Under the pieces are notes generated by a model. It did no database searches. It had not been told where the DNA came from and saw only the letters and a list, made by a program, of their open reading frames with translations. A stretch of 64,000 bases of DNA, from the NCBI GenBank assembly GCA_009914755.4, contig CP086569.2:4544001-4608000 (forward strand), read 5' to 3'. This document shows, one piece after another, positions 28,646 through 41,643 of the stretch (within the stretch, counting starts at the first letter, position 1; every line of letters begins with the position of its first letter). Source of the DNA: the human T2T-CHM13v2.0 reference genome, Homo sapiens. A program made the position numbers and the translations under genes.

Positions 28646-30515
28646 AGACACAAAAGATCAACAGAAGTCAAGCTAACTCTTATTTTCTTCTTACTTATTA
28701 TCTCTGAATTATAACTTCTCAAGAATAGAGAAAGGGCAAGGATTAATTACAAATTTTGGCTCAAACATCACATTACGATAGCTGAGCTGAGCATAAAGAA
28801 AGTAACTTAAAATATTTTTCAACTCCAGCTGGGAAGCAGTCTCATACAGAATAAGATTTTTCTATGATATCTGATATAATTTACCACTCTATTTTGTCTG
28901 AAAATGGTCTCTTGTTTTAGGCTTCCTTGATAACACACTGTTCTGGTTCTTTTCCTACATTTGACCATTTGTGGAAGGTTTCTTTCTTGACTGTTTGCCA
29001 TATTTTTTTTCCATTCAACACAAGTGTTCTTTAGGGTTTTATCTTCAATTCCCGTCTCACTCAATATAATGTCCCCTGATAAATTCATTTACTATTAATG
29101 TTTCAACCACCAATATGCTGACATTCAGAAATCCTTAACCCTTTCTACCCCCAGATCTGTTTCCTAATATTCAGACAAAAAAGAAAAACCTGCAATTTGA
29201 CATTTCATACATGAATATACCACAGGCTTTTCAAGGTTAGTATGTCAAAAAGTAATCTCATCATCACAACATCCTCCCTAATAGGTCTTATGTTTTCCTG
29301 TCTCTCACATCCTCATTCATGTTTCTACTATCTTAGGTCAGAAACTTCAGAGTCATTCCAATTTTTTTTTACCTCAACCCCTGCTCAGACACCTGAGTCA
29401 ACATCCTTCCCCTTGCTTATACCTTCTCTTTTTCACTCCCAATGCCTTAGGCCAGGCCTATATATTATTTTGCAGAGATGATTGCAATAATTTCCTAACT
29501 TGTCTTTTAGATTCAATTTTACACCTATCCAATCCAATCTTTATATCTTCTTAGAAGTAATCTATCTACAATGTACATCTGACAATGTCATTTTCCACTT
29601 AAACCCTTTAATGACACCATTCATAAAGCTTCTTCTAATCTAACTCTAAGGTAAAAATAACCATCCTCTTCATTAAAATCTCTACTATATTTGTGCTCTT
29701 CTGCTGTTTTTATTGTAAGCCTGTAATTATTTTTTGTTTCCACTTGTTTACATGAGTTGGGAACTTTTAACTCAGAGAGTGATTTTATGTTTTTGTGATT
29801 CCTCTGCATTGGAAATTGAAGTAATTAGATAATTCAAAGATTTTAGTAAGAAAATAAATTAATTCAATGAAAATAAACTAACATAAAACCCACAAGCAAG
29901 CCAGTTATTTTACACTAAATCAAGCATATTAAAATGACTAGTTTTTCTGTTTTTATACCCTTCCAAACATGATGCTGGTTACAGAGAACCTGAGAAAACA
30001 TATTAGTAGAAAGTGAGGACAAAGAAGTTGAAGATAGTTTTAGAAAATGAGATATAAATAAATAAATAAGAATAAAATGAAATCAGAACATACTTAAGCC
30101 AGGCTCCCTTTACCAGCTTGATCAGATCCTCACAATCAAACAAATTGAGAGGATAACACTCATCTTTCGGGCATAAATTCCACTTTTATTTGAGTTATTC
30201 AAATGATCCAAGCTGAAACCTGTGTTTGGCTTAAACTGGTAATACAGTCAACCACTCCCCTTGATTTGAGAAAACACTAGGGAAGAGGGCTTAGCGAATT
30301 ATAATCAATCATTCTTCTTTATTCGCTTATGATAATTAGTGATTTTCTTAGAAATGTATTTAAATGTATTTTAAATGTAAACAATAACATGCTCTCAGAT
30401 TAACTCAAATGAAATATTAGATTCCCACTGTAATGCCAAACTGTTTCCTTCTAGCTTTCTAAGGCAAACATGAGCTTAGCCAATATGTTGTCACTTAAAA
30501 TAATTTATTAAACTA

Positions 30516-31460
<945 letters not shown>

Positions 31461-31562
31461 CTAAACTAAGATATTTTGAAGGCTCTAAGATGTTCGATTA
31501 ATTCTAATTATATTAGTGTGTTATGTCCAAATTATAACTTTTTTAAGAGACATGTTCTTTCT

Positions 31563-31765
31563 CATTCAGGCTGGAGTGCAGTGGTACAAACATAGTTCAC
31601 TGTAATCCCAAACTTCTGGGCTCAAGCCACCATGCCTGGCTAATTTTTTAAAGACAGGGTCTCACTATGTTGCTCAAGTTGGTCTTGAACTCCTAACCTC
31701 AAGTGATCTTTCCACCTCCAGCTCCCAAAACCTGGGATTACAGGTGTGGGCTGCTGCACCCAGTC
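31563..31765 (-). mobile_element. Older, partial Alu (AluJ/S-like)
   Basis: 'ggctggagtgcagtggtacaaacatagttcactgtaatcccaaacttctgggctcaagccaccatgcctggctaattttttaaagacagggtctcactatgttgctcaagttggtcttgaactcctaacctcaagtgatctttccacctccagctcccaaaacctgggattacaggtgtgggctgctgcacccagtcc'. Confidence 0.85.
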
Positions 31766-32184
31766 CCCAAATTATAATTATTAGAACAGTGTCAATACCC
31801 CGGAATGTTTTCTTTTTTAACTTTTATTTTAGGTTCAGTGGTGCATGTGCAGGTTTGTTACATAGGTAAACTGCATGTCATGAGGGTTTGTTGCACAAAT
31901 TATTTTGTCACGCAGGTAACGAGCATAGGACCACATGGGTGTTTTTTCTGATCCCCTCCTTCTTCTCACTCTACACCCTCAAGTAGGCCCCAGTTTCTGT
32001 TGTTCCCCTCTTCGTGTCTGTATGTTCTCATTGTTTACCCCCTAGTTATAAGTGAGAACATGTGGTATTTGGTTTTCTGTAGCTGCATTAAAATAATAGT
32101 TTGCTTAAAATAATGGCCACCAGCTCTATCCATGTTGCTGCAAAGGACATGATCTCATTCCTTTCAACGTCTGCATAATATTTC

Positions 32185-32330
32185 ATTTATATATATATAT
32201 ATATATGCATGTATATATATACGTGTATATATATATACACGTATATATATGTGTATATATATACGTGTATATATACATGTATATATATGTGTATATATAT
32301 ACGTGTATATATATATATACATTTTCTTTA
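32185..32330. repeat. Complex (TATATACA/CGTGTATATA)n microsatellite-like repeat
   Basis: 'atatatatatatatgcatgtatatatatacgtgtatatatatatacacgtatatatatgtgtatatatatacgtgtatatatacatgtatatatatgtgtatatatatacgtgtatatatatatatac'. Confidence 0.9.
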
Positions 32331-32614
32331 GTCTTCCATTGATAGGCATTAAGTCAATTCCATGTCTTTGCTATTATAAACAGGGCTGCAATGAACATAT
32401 GCGTGCATGTGTCATTAAGGTAGGATGATTTATATTCCTTTGGGTATATAGCCAATAATGGGATTGCCAGGTCAAGTGGTAATTCTGTTTTAAGTTCTTT
32501 GAAAAATCGCCACTTTGCTTTCCACAGTGGCTGAAGTAGTTTACACTCCCAGCAGCAGTGTATAAGCGTTCGCTTTTCAGTGCAACCTCGGCAGCATCTT
32601 GCTTGCACCTTGCC

Positions 32615-32795
32615 TGGGGCCTACTTGAGGATGGAGTATGGGAGGAGAGAGAGAATCAGAAAAAATACTTATCTGGTCCTATGCTTATTACCTGGGGGAC
32701 AAAATGGTCTGTCCACCGCACCCCAGTGGCGCATAGTTTACGTATGTAACAAACCCCCACACACACCCCTGAACCTAAAATAAACGTTAAAAAAT
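32615..32795 (+). mobile_element. Old L1 3'-end fragment (~180 bp plus A-rich tail) in the opposite orientation, abutting the 5' side of the minus-strand L1 fragment (head-to-head)
   Basis: 'ggggcctacttgaggatggagtatgggaggagagagagaatcagaaaaaatacttatctggtcctatgcttattacctgggggacaaaatggtctgtccaccgcaccccagtggcgcatagtttacgtatgtaacaaacccccacacacacccctgaacctaaaataaacgttaaaaaataaaac'. It is highly similar to the reverse complement of 31800-32010. Confidence 0.8.
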
Positions 32796-32841
32796 AAAAC
32801 TTTCTGGACATATTGACATCTTTCTAGTAATTATAATTTGG

Positions 32842-32922
32842 GGCCTAGGTGTGGTAGCCCACACCTGTAGTCCCAGAACATTCACTGGCCAAGGTGGGAG
32901 GTTCACTTGAGGTCAGTTCTCT
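32842..32922 (+). mobile_element. Alu/FLAM-like 5' fragment
   Basis: 'ggggcctaggtgtggtagcccacacctgtagtcccagaacattcactggccaaggtgggaggttcacttgaggtcag'. Confidence 0.7.
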
Positions 32923-35900
32923 TTGACCTCCTAGTAATAGCCATTCTGCCTGGTGTGAGATGGTATCTCATTGTGGTTTTGATTTGCATTTCTCTAATCA
33001 TTAGTGATGTTAAGCATTTTTTTTTTCATATGCTTTTTGGCCAGTATGTCATCTTTTGAAAACTGTCTGTTCTTGTCCTTTGCCCAGTTTTTAATGGGGC
33101 TGTTTGTTTTTTGCTTGTACATTTGTTTATAGAATGTTTTATTAAAAGGTCACTTTTATTTCTTGTATTTTATATTCTAGCTTGCTATTTTTTTTTGTCT
33201 TTTGGGGACTTGTATGCATACAGTAGTAACTCCATGGCATTCTTTTTTAAGCCTAAGCTTTAGTGGATACTGAATAATGCTTAGGAAGGAATGAAAACTA
33301 GGATAAAGAAAGAAAAGACTGAAGAAAGACTTTTTTTAAAGTTTCCAATGGAATATGGCAATGGAGATGTCCAGTTGCAAGCTGAACATGCTTGGTTTGG
33401 AATTCTGTAGTGAGGTTATGACTATAGATAGAAACTTTGGAGTTACAGGCATAAAACTACAGATATGAACATGCCTGATATTATCCAGAAAGAGCCTATG
33501 GAGTCTAAAAAGCAGGTGGTGAGGATAGCTTCCTGAATATCATGAACATTTTAGGATTATTCACACTGAAGAACCTGTAAAGGGAGTAAGAGGAAATAGC
33601 CATAATGATAGAGGAAAACAAGGAGAAAGGAGTATCATAGAAATTGAGAAAGGACAATCTCATGAAGACAGTGGGCCACAGTGCAAAATATCAAAGAGAG
33701 ATGAAGTAAGATAGGGAAAGCAAAGTGACTGGAGCCTTTGGAAATACTGATCGCATTGATAAATTGGGAAGACAGGGTCTTCTATTTCAAGGGAATGGAA
33801 GGGGTTGTTGAGAAGCCAGATGATTGTAATTTGGGGACAATGGGCAGTAAATAAGCAGAGGCAGTAAATAACTACAGACTACTATTATGATGACTCTTAG
33901 CTATAAAGAAAATGGCATGATGACTAGAGAGACTTATGTTATTGACAAAGAATATAGAGATGATATCGGATGGAACAAGTTTCTTAGGAGACAGAAGAAA
34001 CAGAAGGGGAGAAATTTGTCATGTGGAGAAGAAGGGAGCCCTCTTCCATTGAGTTATGAGTGAGGAAGTAAAAGATATGTGGACATGAAGATACACAGTA
34101 CGGGAAAAGTAAGGAAGTTGTACTAATTTCTCGACTTACGGCTTCCATTTTCTCAGTGAAGTGAGAGGCTAAGTCTGCTAACACCAAAAGAGAAAGTGGA
34201 ATGTTAGGAGATTTGAGGTTAAAAAAAATATAAGTCTGGAGTGGACATTGAAGAGCAACGTAAAGGAATCTGAGATCTTCTCTGTCTTCATGGTGACTAA
34301 AAATTATTGGACAATAATTAACACCCTACCACAATGTGGAAACTATAAATTTATTGTAATTTCATATAATGATTGTGCAACACTCTTTCAATATCCAGAT
34401 CAAATGGTTCTTCCACAGTGAAAATTCCTGTGATCCAAAAAAGCACTGTTTAGCCGTCCTTATTTATGGCACCACTATACCTATGATATATCTCTATAAT
34501 TGCACTTAGAATAATATATAATGAATATAAATTATTTGTGCTACATGCTGCCATCCATCCATATACTGAGCTTCTTAAAGGCATGTCTGTATTTTGGGAT
34601 ATCTCAACAAATGTTTGTTGAATGAATAAATAAGTAACCAATAATCCTCTTGAGATAGTGCATGTCCAAATGTGTATCTACAATGTTATTACTAATATAT
34701 CTTTCTCAAAATACCTTCCCAGAAACTGCTCCAACCCAGGTATCCTGACTATATAGCTTAGCTTTGTCAGAATGTGCTCAGTGCAATCAGAAGGAGAGTG
34801 AAATTTTGGTAGACAGCAAAGTAGATTAGTCTCAGATGTTCAAATTTCTGGTTTGGAAACTCAGAAAAGAACCATGTATTATAAACATGAGATTGTACTA
34901 CAAAGATAATTCTCTACATTATTTTTAAATGAAAACCTCTTTTTTCACATTTTATTTTAAGAAAATTAATTTTCTATTATACATCTTACTGGTCAATCTA
35001 TTAAAACCCATAACCAAAAACAATAAACGATTACTTTTAAAAGAGACTTATCCTTGAATTTTTTTTTTTTAGAAAACATCACATTGTGATAGTTTCTCAA
35101 ACAATCAATGAGCAAAGATAGTTCTTTCAGCCTCAAGGAAATGGACAGCAGCTCAATCTGTGTGATCTCACTCATTAGGCTGAATGTTAGCTGCCTTTGG
35201 AAAAAATATGCCAGGTTTGAATGATGTGGGGTATAATAAAGTTTTATCATGAAAATAATTTTAACCCAAATTAGGTCATTTATATATTTTAATAGCAGTT
35301 TAAATTTACTCATTCACATTGTGCAGATTATGGTCGCTCTTCTCTCACAATTATTTTGCAACCTTGTTTAGCATATGTGACTGATAGTGGGTAAATTGAT
35401 TTTTCAAGGATAAGTTAGTAGGATCTTTCCGTAAAAATCCAGGTGATGATGGAAAAATTATTTTTAAAAAAGCACACAGATATTGTCCATGTTGACAGTT
35501 ACATCTATTATTTTATGCTAACAGATTCTTTAGCAGCCTAGTGATTAAAAAACTTGGTTTTTGTTAAAAGTAGTTTCAAATTAATTATTTACTGTACTTA
35601 CCAGTCCCTTTCAGCTGATGATATACTTCTAAATTAATATTTCACATAAATTCTGCACTGAAATTTATAAGAATAAGTCATTCATCCTGTATCAGATCTC
35701 ATGGGTGTCTATTATTTTTAGGACACCTCTTACCTTATTATCTACCCACCTTTCATTATATGCATACTTTCTGGAAGTTCCACTTAGAATATGAATAATC
35801 TTCCATTTTCAAACATATAACAGAGAATATTGTTAGGGCTGTCTTATATGACAGGAAAGGAAAAACTTACATACTTTGACATTTAGCTTCCTGTAATATT

Positions 35901-36189
35901 GTACCCTATTAAAGAGCATTGAAATGCTATTTATGTTCTGAGTTTCAGCTATACTTTTGCTTATGAAGTTATCTTTCCCCAAACATTCCAGTTTGTTCTT
36001 CAATGGAAAAATGCAAAAAATGTGTTTGAAGATATGCATCATGTTACCTATTGGGAGGGTAAAAGAAAGCTTCAGTCAGAAACAAAAGAGGGTGGCTTAC
36101 GGAAAGGTTTTTTCCCTAAAATTATTGCATGTAATTAACTGTGAGCAAGCTTGAAGATTCATACATTACTAGTAGAACAAACAGGTTTT

Positions 36190-36345
36190 CCTTATTTTAC
36201 CATCCATCATTCATTCATTCATGTAACAGGTATTTGTGAGCACCTACTGTGTGTCTGGCAATGTTACTGGCACTGCAGAAATATCAGTAAACAAATAGGC
36301 AAAAACCTTTGCCCTCATGGATCTTACATACTTGGGGAAGATGGA
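36190..36345. mobile_element. Ancient MIR/L2-class repeat fragment (low confidence)
   Basis: 'cattcattcattcatgtaacaggtatttgtgagcacctactgtgtgtctggcaatgttactggcactgcagaaatatcagtaaacaaataggcaaaaacctttgccctcatggatcttacatacttgggg' resembles the widespread 'ttcattcattcaacaaatatttattgagcacctactatgtgccaggcactg...ccctgccctcatggagcttacattctagtgggg' ancient repeat motif. Confidence 0.35.
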
Positions 36346-37103
36346 ATGTAAACAAAATAAATAAGTAAATTATGAAGCATATTAGAAGGTAATAAGCATT
36401 AAGAAACAAAAATAAGCAGACAAGAGGAGGTGAGGAAACATAATTTTATATAGTATCATCAGGGAAAAATTCACTGAGATGGTGCCATTTGAACAAAGAT
36501 CAGGAAACAATGAAGTGAAAAATATGGTTATCTTGGGGAAGATAATTTCAAACAGAAGGAAAGGAGATGCAACAGCTCTAAGCTTGCCTCTTTCCAACAG
36601 CAAAGAGGACTATATTGATGAAGTGGAGTGAGCAAAAATGTTGGAGAAGCTGCAGTCAAAGGAGTAAGGGGTTCAGTTGTATAGAAGCTTGATTTGGCCC
36701 TTACCTTTACTGAGATGGAAGTCATTGGAGAATTCTTAGCAGAAGAACAACATGATCTGACATAGCACAAAGGATAAAAGTAAGATTTAGCAAATCTTAC
36801 TAGCTAAGGAAGATTTCTCTTTGTTTGCCAGCTTCAGTGGGATCTCTACTTCTTTTCAGTAAAATTGGAATCTCTGTTAACACCTCTGTTGGGATTACCA
36901 CTATTTTTTTCTCCCACTGCTTCTTTGTGATTATATATTATACTGTAGATTAGCAGGGTAGACAAATTAACTACAAATGCCTAAGAACACACTGCTAAAA
37001 TCATTAATTCACACTTTGAAATGATAAGCAAAATGAACATTATAATGTTCATTACTGTGTGGTCACATGCTTTTACAGAATGCAGCTATGTATAGAATAG
37101 AAT

Positions 37104-39726
37104 TCAGTTTTTCTTCAAACTTTTGACTCTCCAGAAATGGAACATAAACAGTCAATTAACACAGTCAAAAAAGAGTAGATTTTATATATTAATTACATGC
37201 ATTATACACTGTATTCTTACAATAAAGTAAGCTGGAGAAAAAAGGTTAGTAAGGGAATCATAAGGAAGAGAAAATGTATTTACTATTCATTAAGCAGAAG
37301 TGGATCATCATAAAGGTCTGCAACATAAATGTCTGCATACTCACCTTGAGTAGGCTGACGAGGAGGAAGAACAAGAAGGGCTGGTCCTGCTGTCTCAGGA
37401 GGGGCAGAGGCGGAAAGGTGGAAGAGGCAGAAGGGGAGGCAGGCACACTCTGTGTACATTTACAGAAATATGTCATAATTTCTTTCTGAATTTTTCACTT
37501 TTTCATTTATCTAGGAGTTTTTCTATACAGTACCGATTCTTCTTCCATTATTTGCTTTAGTTTCACTGGCCATATCATAGAAAGGGCAATGTCATAAAAG
37601 AAGTCAAATGCAATCTTGAATCATTGGAACCTTTCTGCCAGATTGCCTTATGTCAATTTCTTTTCTGGCCCTGTTTCTATGTCTTCTTCTTCATTGTCTG
37701 GCACTGGTTTGGAAGCACTAATCTCCATCAAGTCATTTTCTTTTAATTTGTCTGGTGTGGGGTCTATGAGCTCTAGAGTTTCTCCAAGCCCCATATCTTC
37801 GAAGCCTAAACCCCCCTAAACACATTTTTTTAACATATTCACAATATCTTTCATGATTTCCTTGGTTAGCTCTGTTGTAAGTCCTGTAAAGTAATGCACA
37901 ACATCTGAAAACAGTTTTCTCCAGCAGAAATTTATTGTTTTGGGCTTGATGGCTTTCATGTTTCTTTCTATAACAATAATGGCATCTTCAATGGTGTAAT
38001 TCTTCCAGGCTCGCATGATGTTCTCTGTATCCAGGTTCTCTTTCATAGTGTTCACAATCCTTTCCATAGAGAATCACGTGTAATTAGCCTTAAAGGTCCC
38101 TATGAGCCCTGATCTAGAGGCTGAGCTTGACATATTGCATCTGGGGGAAGGAGACCACTTCAACACCTTTGGTGTTGAATTCACGGGGTTTCAAGTATTC
38201 TGGGACATTGTCCAATATCAAAAGAACTTTAAAAAGCCGTGTCTTACTGTAGAATACTTCCTGAGTTCAGAGACAAAGCATGGAAGGAATCAATTCAAAA
38301 ACAGGGTTCTCATTGTCCAGGCCTTCCTACTGTACAACCCAAAAGACTGGCAGCTGGTGCTTATATTTTCTCTTTAAGGCTTAGAGGTTAGCAGCTTTAT
38401 AGATAAAGGCAGTCCTGATCATAAACCCGACTGCATTTGCACAAAACAGTAGAGTTAGTCTATCCATTCCTGCCTTACATCCTGGTGCTTGATTCTCCTC
38501 TTTAGTAATAAATATCTTTGGTGGCATTTTTTTCAAGAACAGGGCACTTTTCTGCATTATAAATCTGTTCAGTTAGTTATCTCTTCTCCTCACTGTTTTT
38601 TTTAATGGCATCTAGGAATCTGTCTGTTGCTTCTTGATTGGCAGAAGCTGCGTCTTCTGTTATTGTTACATATTTTCATCCATACTTCTTTCTAAATTTA
38701 TCAAACCTTCCTTCGCTGGCATTAAATACTTCAGCTTCCGATTCTTCATCTTCCTTTTGCTTTAAATTGTCATATAATGACTTTGCTTTTTCTCAATTTA
38801 TATTAAATTGTGTAGGTCTGCCTTTTTTAGTAACAATTCTGCACCCACATAAAAGCTGCAGTTTCAGTGCAAGAGAAAAAGATATTTCACAAAATGTGAA
38901 AGGTTTTCACATATGCTGGGATACCAGTAACAATGGCTTCATGTGTTTCTTTTTCTTTTTTTACAGTGCTTCTTATGCTGGATCCATTTACCTTTAAATG
39001 GCAGGCAACCGCAGCTGCAGACCTCAATCTACGGTACATATCAAGCAAATCAACTTTTTCTTGTAATGTAATAACTTTTCTCTGCTTCTTGGTAGCACTT
39101 CCAGCATCATCAGTGGCACATCATATGAATCCCATGTTGTTACTAAAACACGGTGTTACACTAAACATGATGAAAATATGCAAGAACCATGAGAAATCCC
39201 TTTTTACTGTGACGCACAATTTACTAAGGAGACAAGCTGCTCATGTGGAGATGATCAACAGCACAGGGCATTTTAAGTGAATGCTGACAACACGAGCTCA
39301 CTGCGACAGCAACAGAAGGTGGCTATGAAATTGTAGTAGTGCACTACATACTACAGTTAATTTTATGGAGTTGTGATTTAATAACATATCTTTGTGTTTG
39401 TCTACTTTCAACTGCAAATGACACTATGTAAGGTCTGTAAGTGGTTGTATGAATAAGTTTTGATGTATTTTAACTTTTTATAACAGATTTGTGTGTATTT
39501 TATGGTGATAAATAATAAAATAGTCAAGTATCTAGGTATTTTATGCATTTACAACATACATAACTTTTTGTTATTTTTTTTCTATATGTCTAAGATATGT
39601 GGCTTGTCTGTGAGTTTTTTCAAATTGTTGCAAATCTCCAAAATATATTCCAACATATTTATTGAAAAAATCTGTATGTAAGTGGATCCGCACAGGTCAA
39701 AACCATATTGTTCAAAGGTCAACTGT
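37104..39726 (-). mobile_element. Tigger-family (pogo/Tc1-mariner superfamily) DNA transposon carrying a fragmented transposase gene. The high-coordinate TIR ends 'caactg' next to a TA dinucleotide. The low-coordinate end is approximate
   Basis: 39665-39726 'aaaaaatctgtatgtaagtggatccgcacaggtcaaaaccatattgttcaaaggtcaactg' is the reverse complement of a Tigger TIR ('cagttgacc(c/t)ttgaacaa...ggatccacttaca...'). The minus-strand translation of ~38150-38250 gives 'VLLILDNVPEYLKPREFNTKGVEVVSFPQMQYVK' (Tigger/pogo DDE core; compare 'LLLDNAPSHP...INVVFMPANTTSILQPMDQGVI'). The minus-strand ORF 37816-38067 'MERIVNTMKENLDTENIMRAWKNYTIEDAIIVIERNMKAIKPKTINFCWRKL...' matches the region downstream of the DDE domain. 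The minus-strand ORF 37258-37476 gives the Pro/Ser-rich transposase C-terminus. Confidence 0.75.
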
Positions 39727-40934
39727 ATATCAGGGTTGATTTTACAAAAGTTAAGAAAGAAGAGAAAGATCTAGTAAAATAATTAAAAGAAGAAAAAGGA
39801 AGAGATCTGTGTTACAGACCAACGAAGTCCTAAATAGAAACATTTTAAGGGTTATTTTCCTGAGACATCACTTTTGCTATTCTAGCCTCTGGTGAACAAA
39901 ATCCAGTGTGCCAAAACACTCGTGTTAAAGTAGATTACTCTATCATACATTTATTAGTTACTTTAATTTAAATCTTAAATAAAAGAGATATACATGCCGC
40001 TAATTAATTGATGGTGCAGATATCTCAAGACTCAATATAGAAGTCTGAACAATTATATTTGGCAATTAGTGCCAGGTAGACAGACATGGATAGGTAAACA
40101 GTTAAGTCTACCAAGTTAGCAGCTCCTTTCAACTTCCTTGCTCTTTCTAATGAAGTCACTTTCTTTAGCAATTTTGCTCACTACTCTTCTCAGGTTTCAA
40201 TATGCATGGCTAAAAATTTACTATCAAAACTTCTTCATTGTACTACTAGGTTTCTGGTTTTTTTGAATTTTTAAGAGTAATTTTAAGAGTGTTCCCTTAA
40301 AATGAATCAATAATCATATAACACCAGAAAATCTGACAAGCTATGAGGAAGATTCTGTAGAAGATCCTTAACTATGCATCCAAATTCACATACAACCCAG
40401 TACATTGTGGTGGTGATGGGTATGATCTTAAGCTTTGAAGTCAGACAGATGTGGATTTGAATCCAGGCTCCAACAGTTACTTTGTGACCCTGGACATTTA
40501 ACCTCTATTTTACACAACCATAAAACAGGGATGGCAATATATAGGGCCTATATATATTTTTGCAATTCGTATTAAGGGAAATGTATATAAAGTCTCAGGC
40601 AGGAAGAGTTAGTAATTATTATTAATGTTACGATTATTTCACCAGAAGATTAAATTCCACCAGCTTGTAATAGCATATATTGTCTTCTATTCAGGGCCCA
40701 CTTAAAGTGCTTTGCGATCTTGAAGAGTTTCAAATAGTACCTGGAACATTATATGTGCCTAAGTGCTAGTTAAGTGTCTGTTAAATAAATTAATTAAATA
40801 AGCTTCTTTTTAAAGAAAGGGTTTGGAGATTAAGGAGAATACCTAAACCAGTCTTTCTCTTCTATTATCACTGTAAAATACTTACCTAGTATTGTCAATG
40901 GGCTATGAAAAGGGGTCTGGCTCTTATCGCCTAT

Positions 40935-41235
40935 TTTTTCTTTTTTCTTTTTTTTTTTTTTTTTTTTTTTTTGAGACAGAGTTTGCTCTTGTTGCCCAGC
41001 CTGGAGTGCAATGGCACGATCTCGGCTTGCCACAACCTCTGCCTCCTGAGTTCAAGTGATTCTTCTGCCTCAGCCTCCTGAGTAGCTGGGATTACAGGCA
41101 TGCAACACCACGCCTGGCTTATTTCATAATTATAGTAGAGATGGGGTTTCTCCATGTTGGTCAGGCTGCTTTTGAACTCCTGACCTCAGGTGATCCACCC
41201 GCCTTGGCCTCCCAAAGTGCTGGGATTACTTGCCT
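40935..41235 (-). mobile_element. AluS-like element (minus strand; slightly truncated at its 5' end)
   Basis: A poly-T run, then 'gagacagagtttgctcttgttgcccagcctggagtgcaatggcacgatctcggcttgccacaacctctgcctcctgagttcaagtgattcttctgcctcagcctcctgagtagctgggattacaggcatgcaacaccacgcctggct...cccaaagtgctgggatta'. Confidence 0.9.
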
Positions 41236-41269
41236 CAAACCTTTGGCCTGGGCTTCTTGATTATATACT

Positions 41270-41643
41270 TGATATGGTTTGGCTGTGTCCCCACCAAAAT
41301 CTCATTCTGAATTGCAGTTGCCATAATCCCCACATGTCATAGGAGGGACCACATGGAGATAATTGAGTCGTGGGATCAGTTTGCCCATCCTGTTCTCATG
41401 GTAGTGAGTGAGTTTTCACAAGATCTGATGGTTTTATAAGGGGCTCACCCCTTTGCTGGACACTCATTTCTCTCTCCTGCCACCATGTGAAGAAGGATGT
41501 GTTTGCTTCCCTTTCCAGCATAATTGTAAGTTTCCTGAGGCCTCCCCAGCCTTGTGGAACGGTGAGTCAATTAAATCTCTTTCCTTTATAAATTACCCAG
41601 TCTCAGGCAGTTCTTTATAGCAGTGTGAGAACAGACTAATAAA
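41270..41643 (+). mobile_element. Solo MaLR LTR (MST/THE1-type)
   Basis: 'tgatatggtttggctgtgtccccaccaaaatctcattctgaattgcagttgccataatccccacatgtcataggagggaccacatggagataattgagtcgtggg...aattacccagtctcaggcagttctttatagcagtgtgagaacagactaata'. Confidence 0.85.

Larger units (their letters stand above)
31800..33200 (-). mobile_element. Old L1 (L1PB/L1MA-class) 3' portion on the minus strand (3' UTR + ORF2 C-terminus), with its own tail at ~31800. It is interrupted at ~32610-32925 by foreign insert material and carries an internal TA-rich microsatellite
   Basis: 'ctctacaccctcaagtaggccccagtttctgttgttcccctcttcgtgtctgtatgttctcattgtttaccccctagttataagtgagaacatgtggtatttgg' is the reverse complement of an L1 3' UTR. 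The minus-strand ORF 32354-32608 is '[84 protein letters not shown]' (ORF2 C-terminus). 32925-33160 'agtaatagccattctgcctggtgtgagatggtatctcattgtggttttgatttgcatttctctaatcattagtgatgttaagc' continues the same ORF2 region. Confidence 0.8.

Noticed and set aside
31800-32800. Inverted L1 arms interpreted as classical twin priming
   Set aside because: Both arms include the extreme L1 3' terminus with their own A-rich tails. Twin priming yields an inverted internal segment upstream of a single 3' end. This is recorded instead as a head-to-head double insertion or inverted duplication.
33290-34300. A possible ancient interspersed repeat ('...gagatgtccagttgcaagctgaacatgcttggtttggaattctgtagtgaggttatgactatagatagaaactttggagttacagg...')
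   Set aside because: It resembles old mammalian-wide repeat consensi, but I cannot name the family or set boundaries reliably. It is therefore not listed as a feature.
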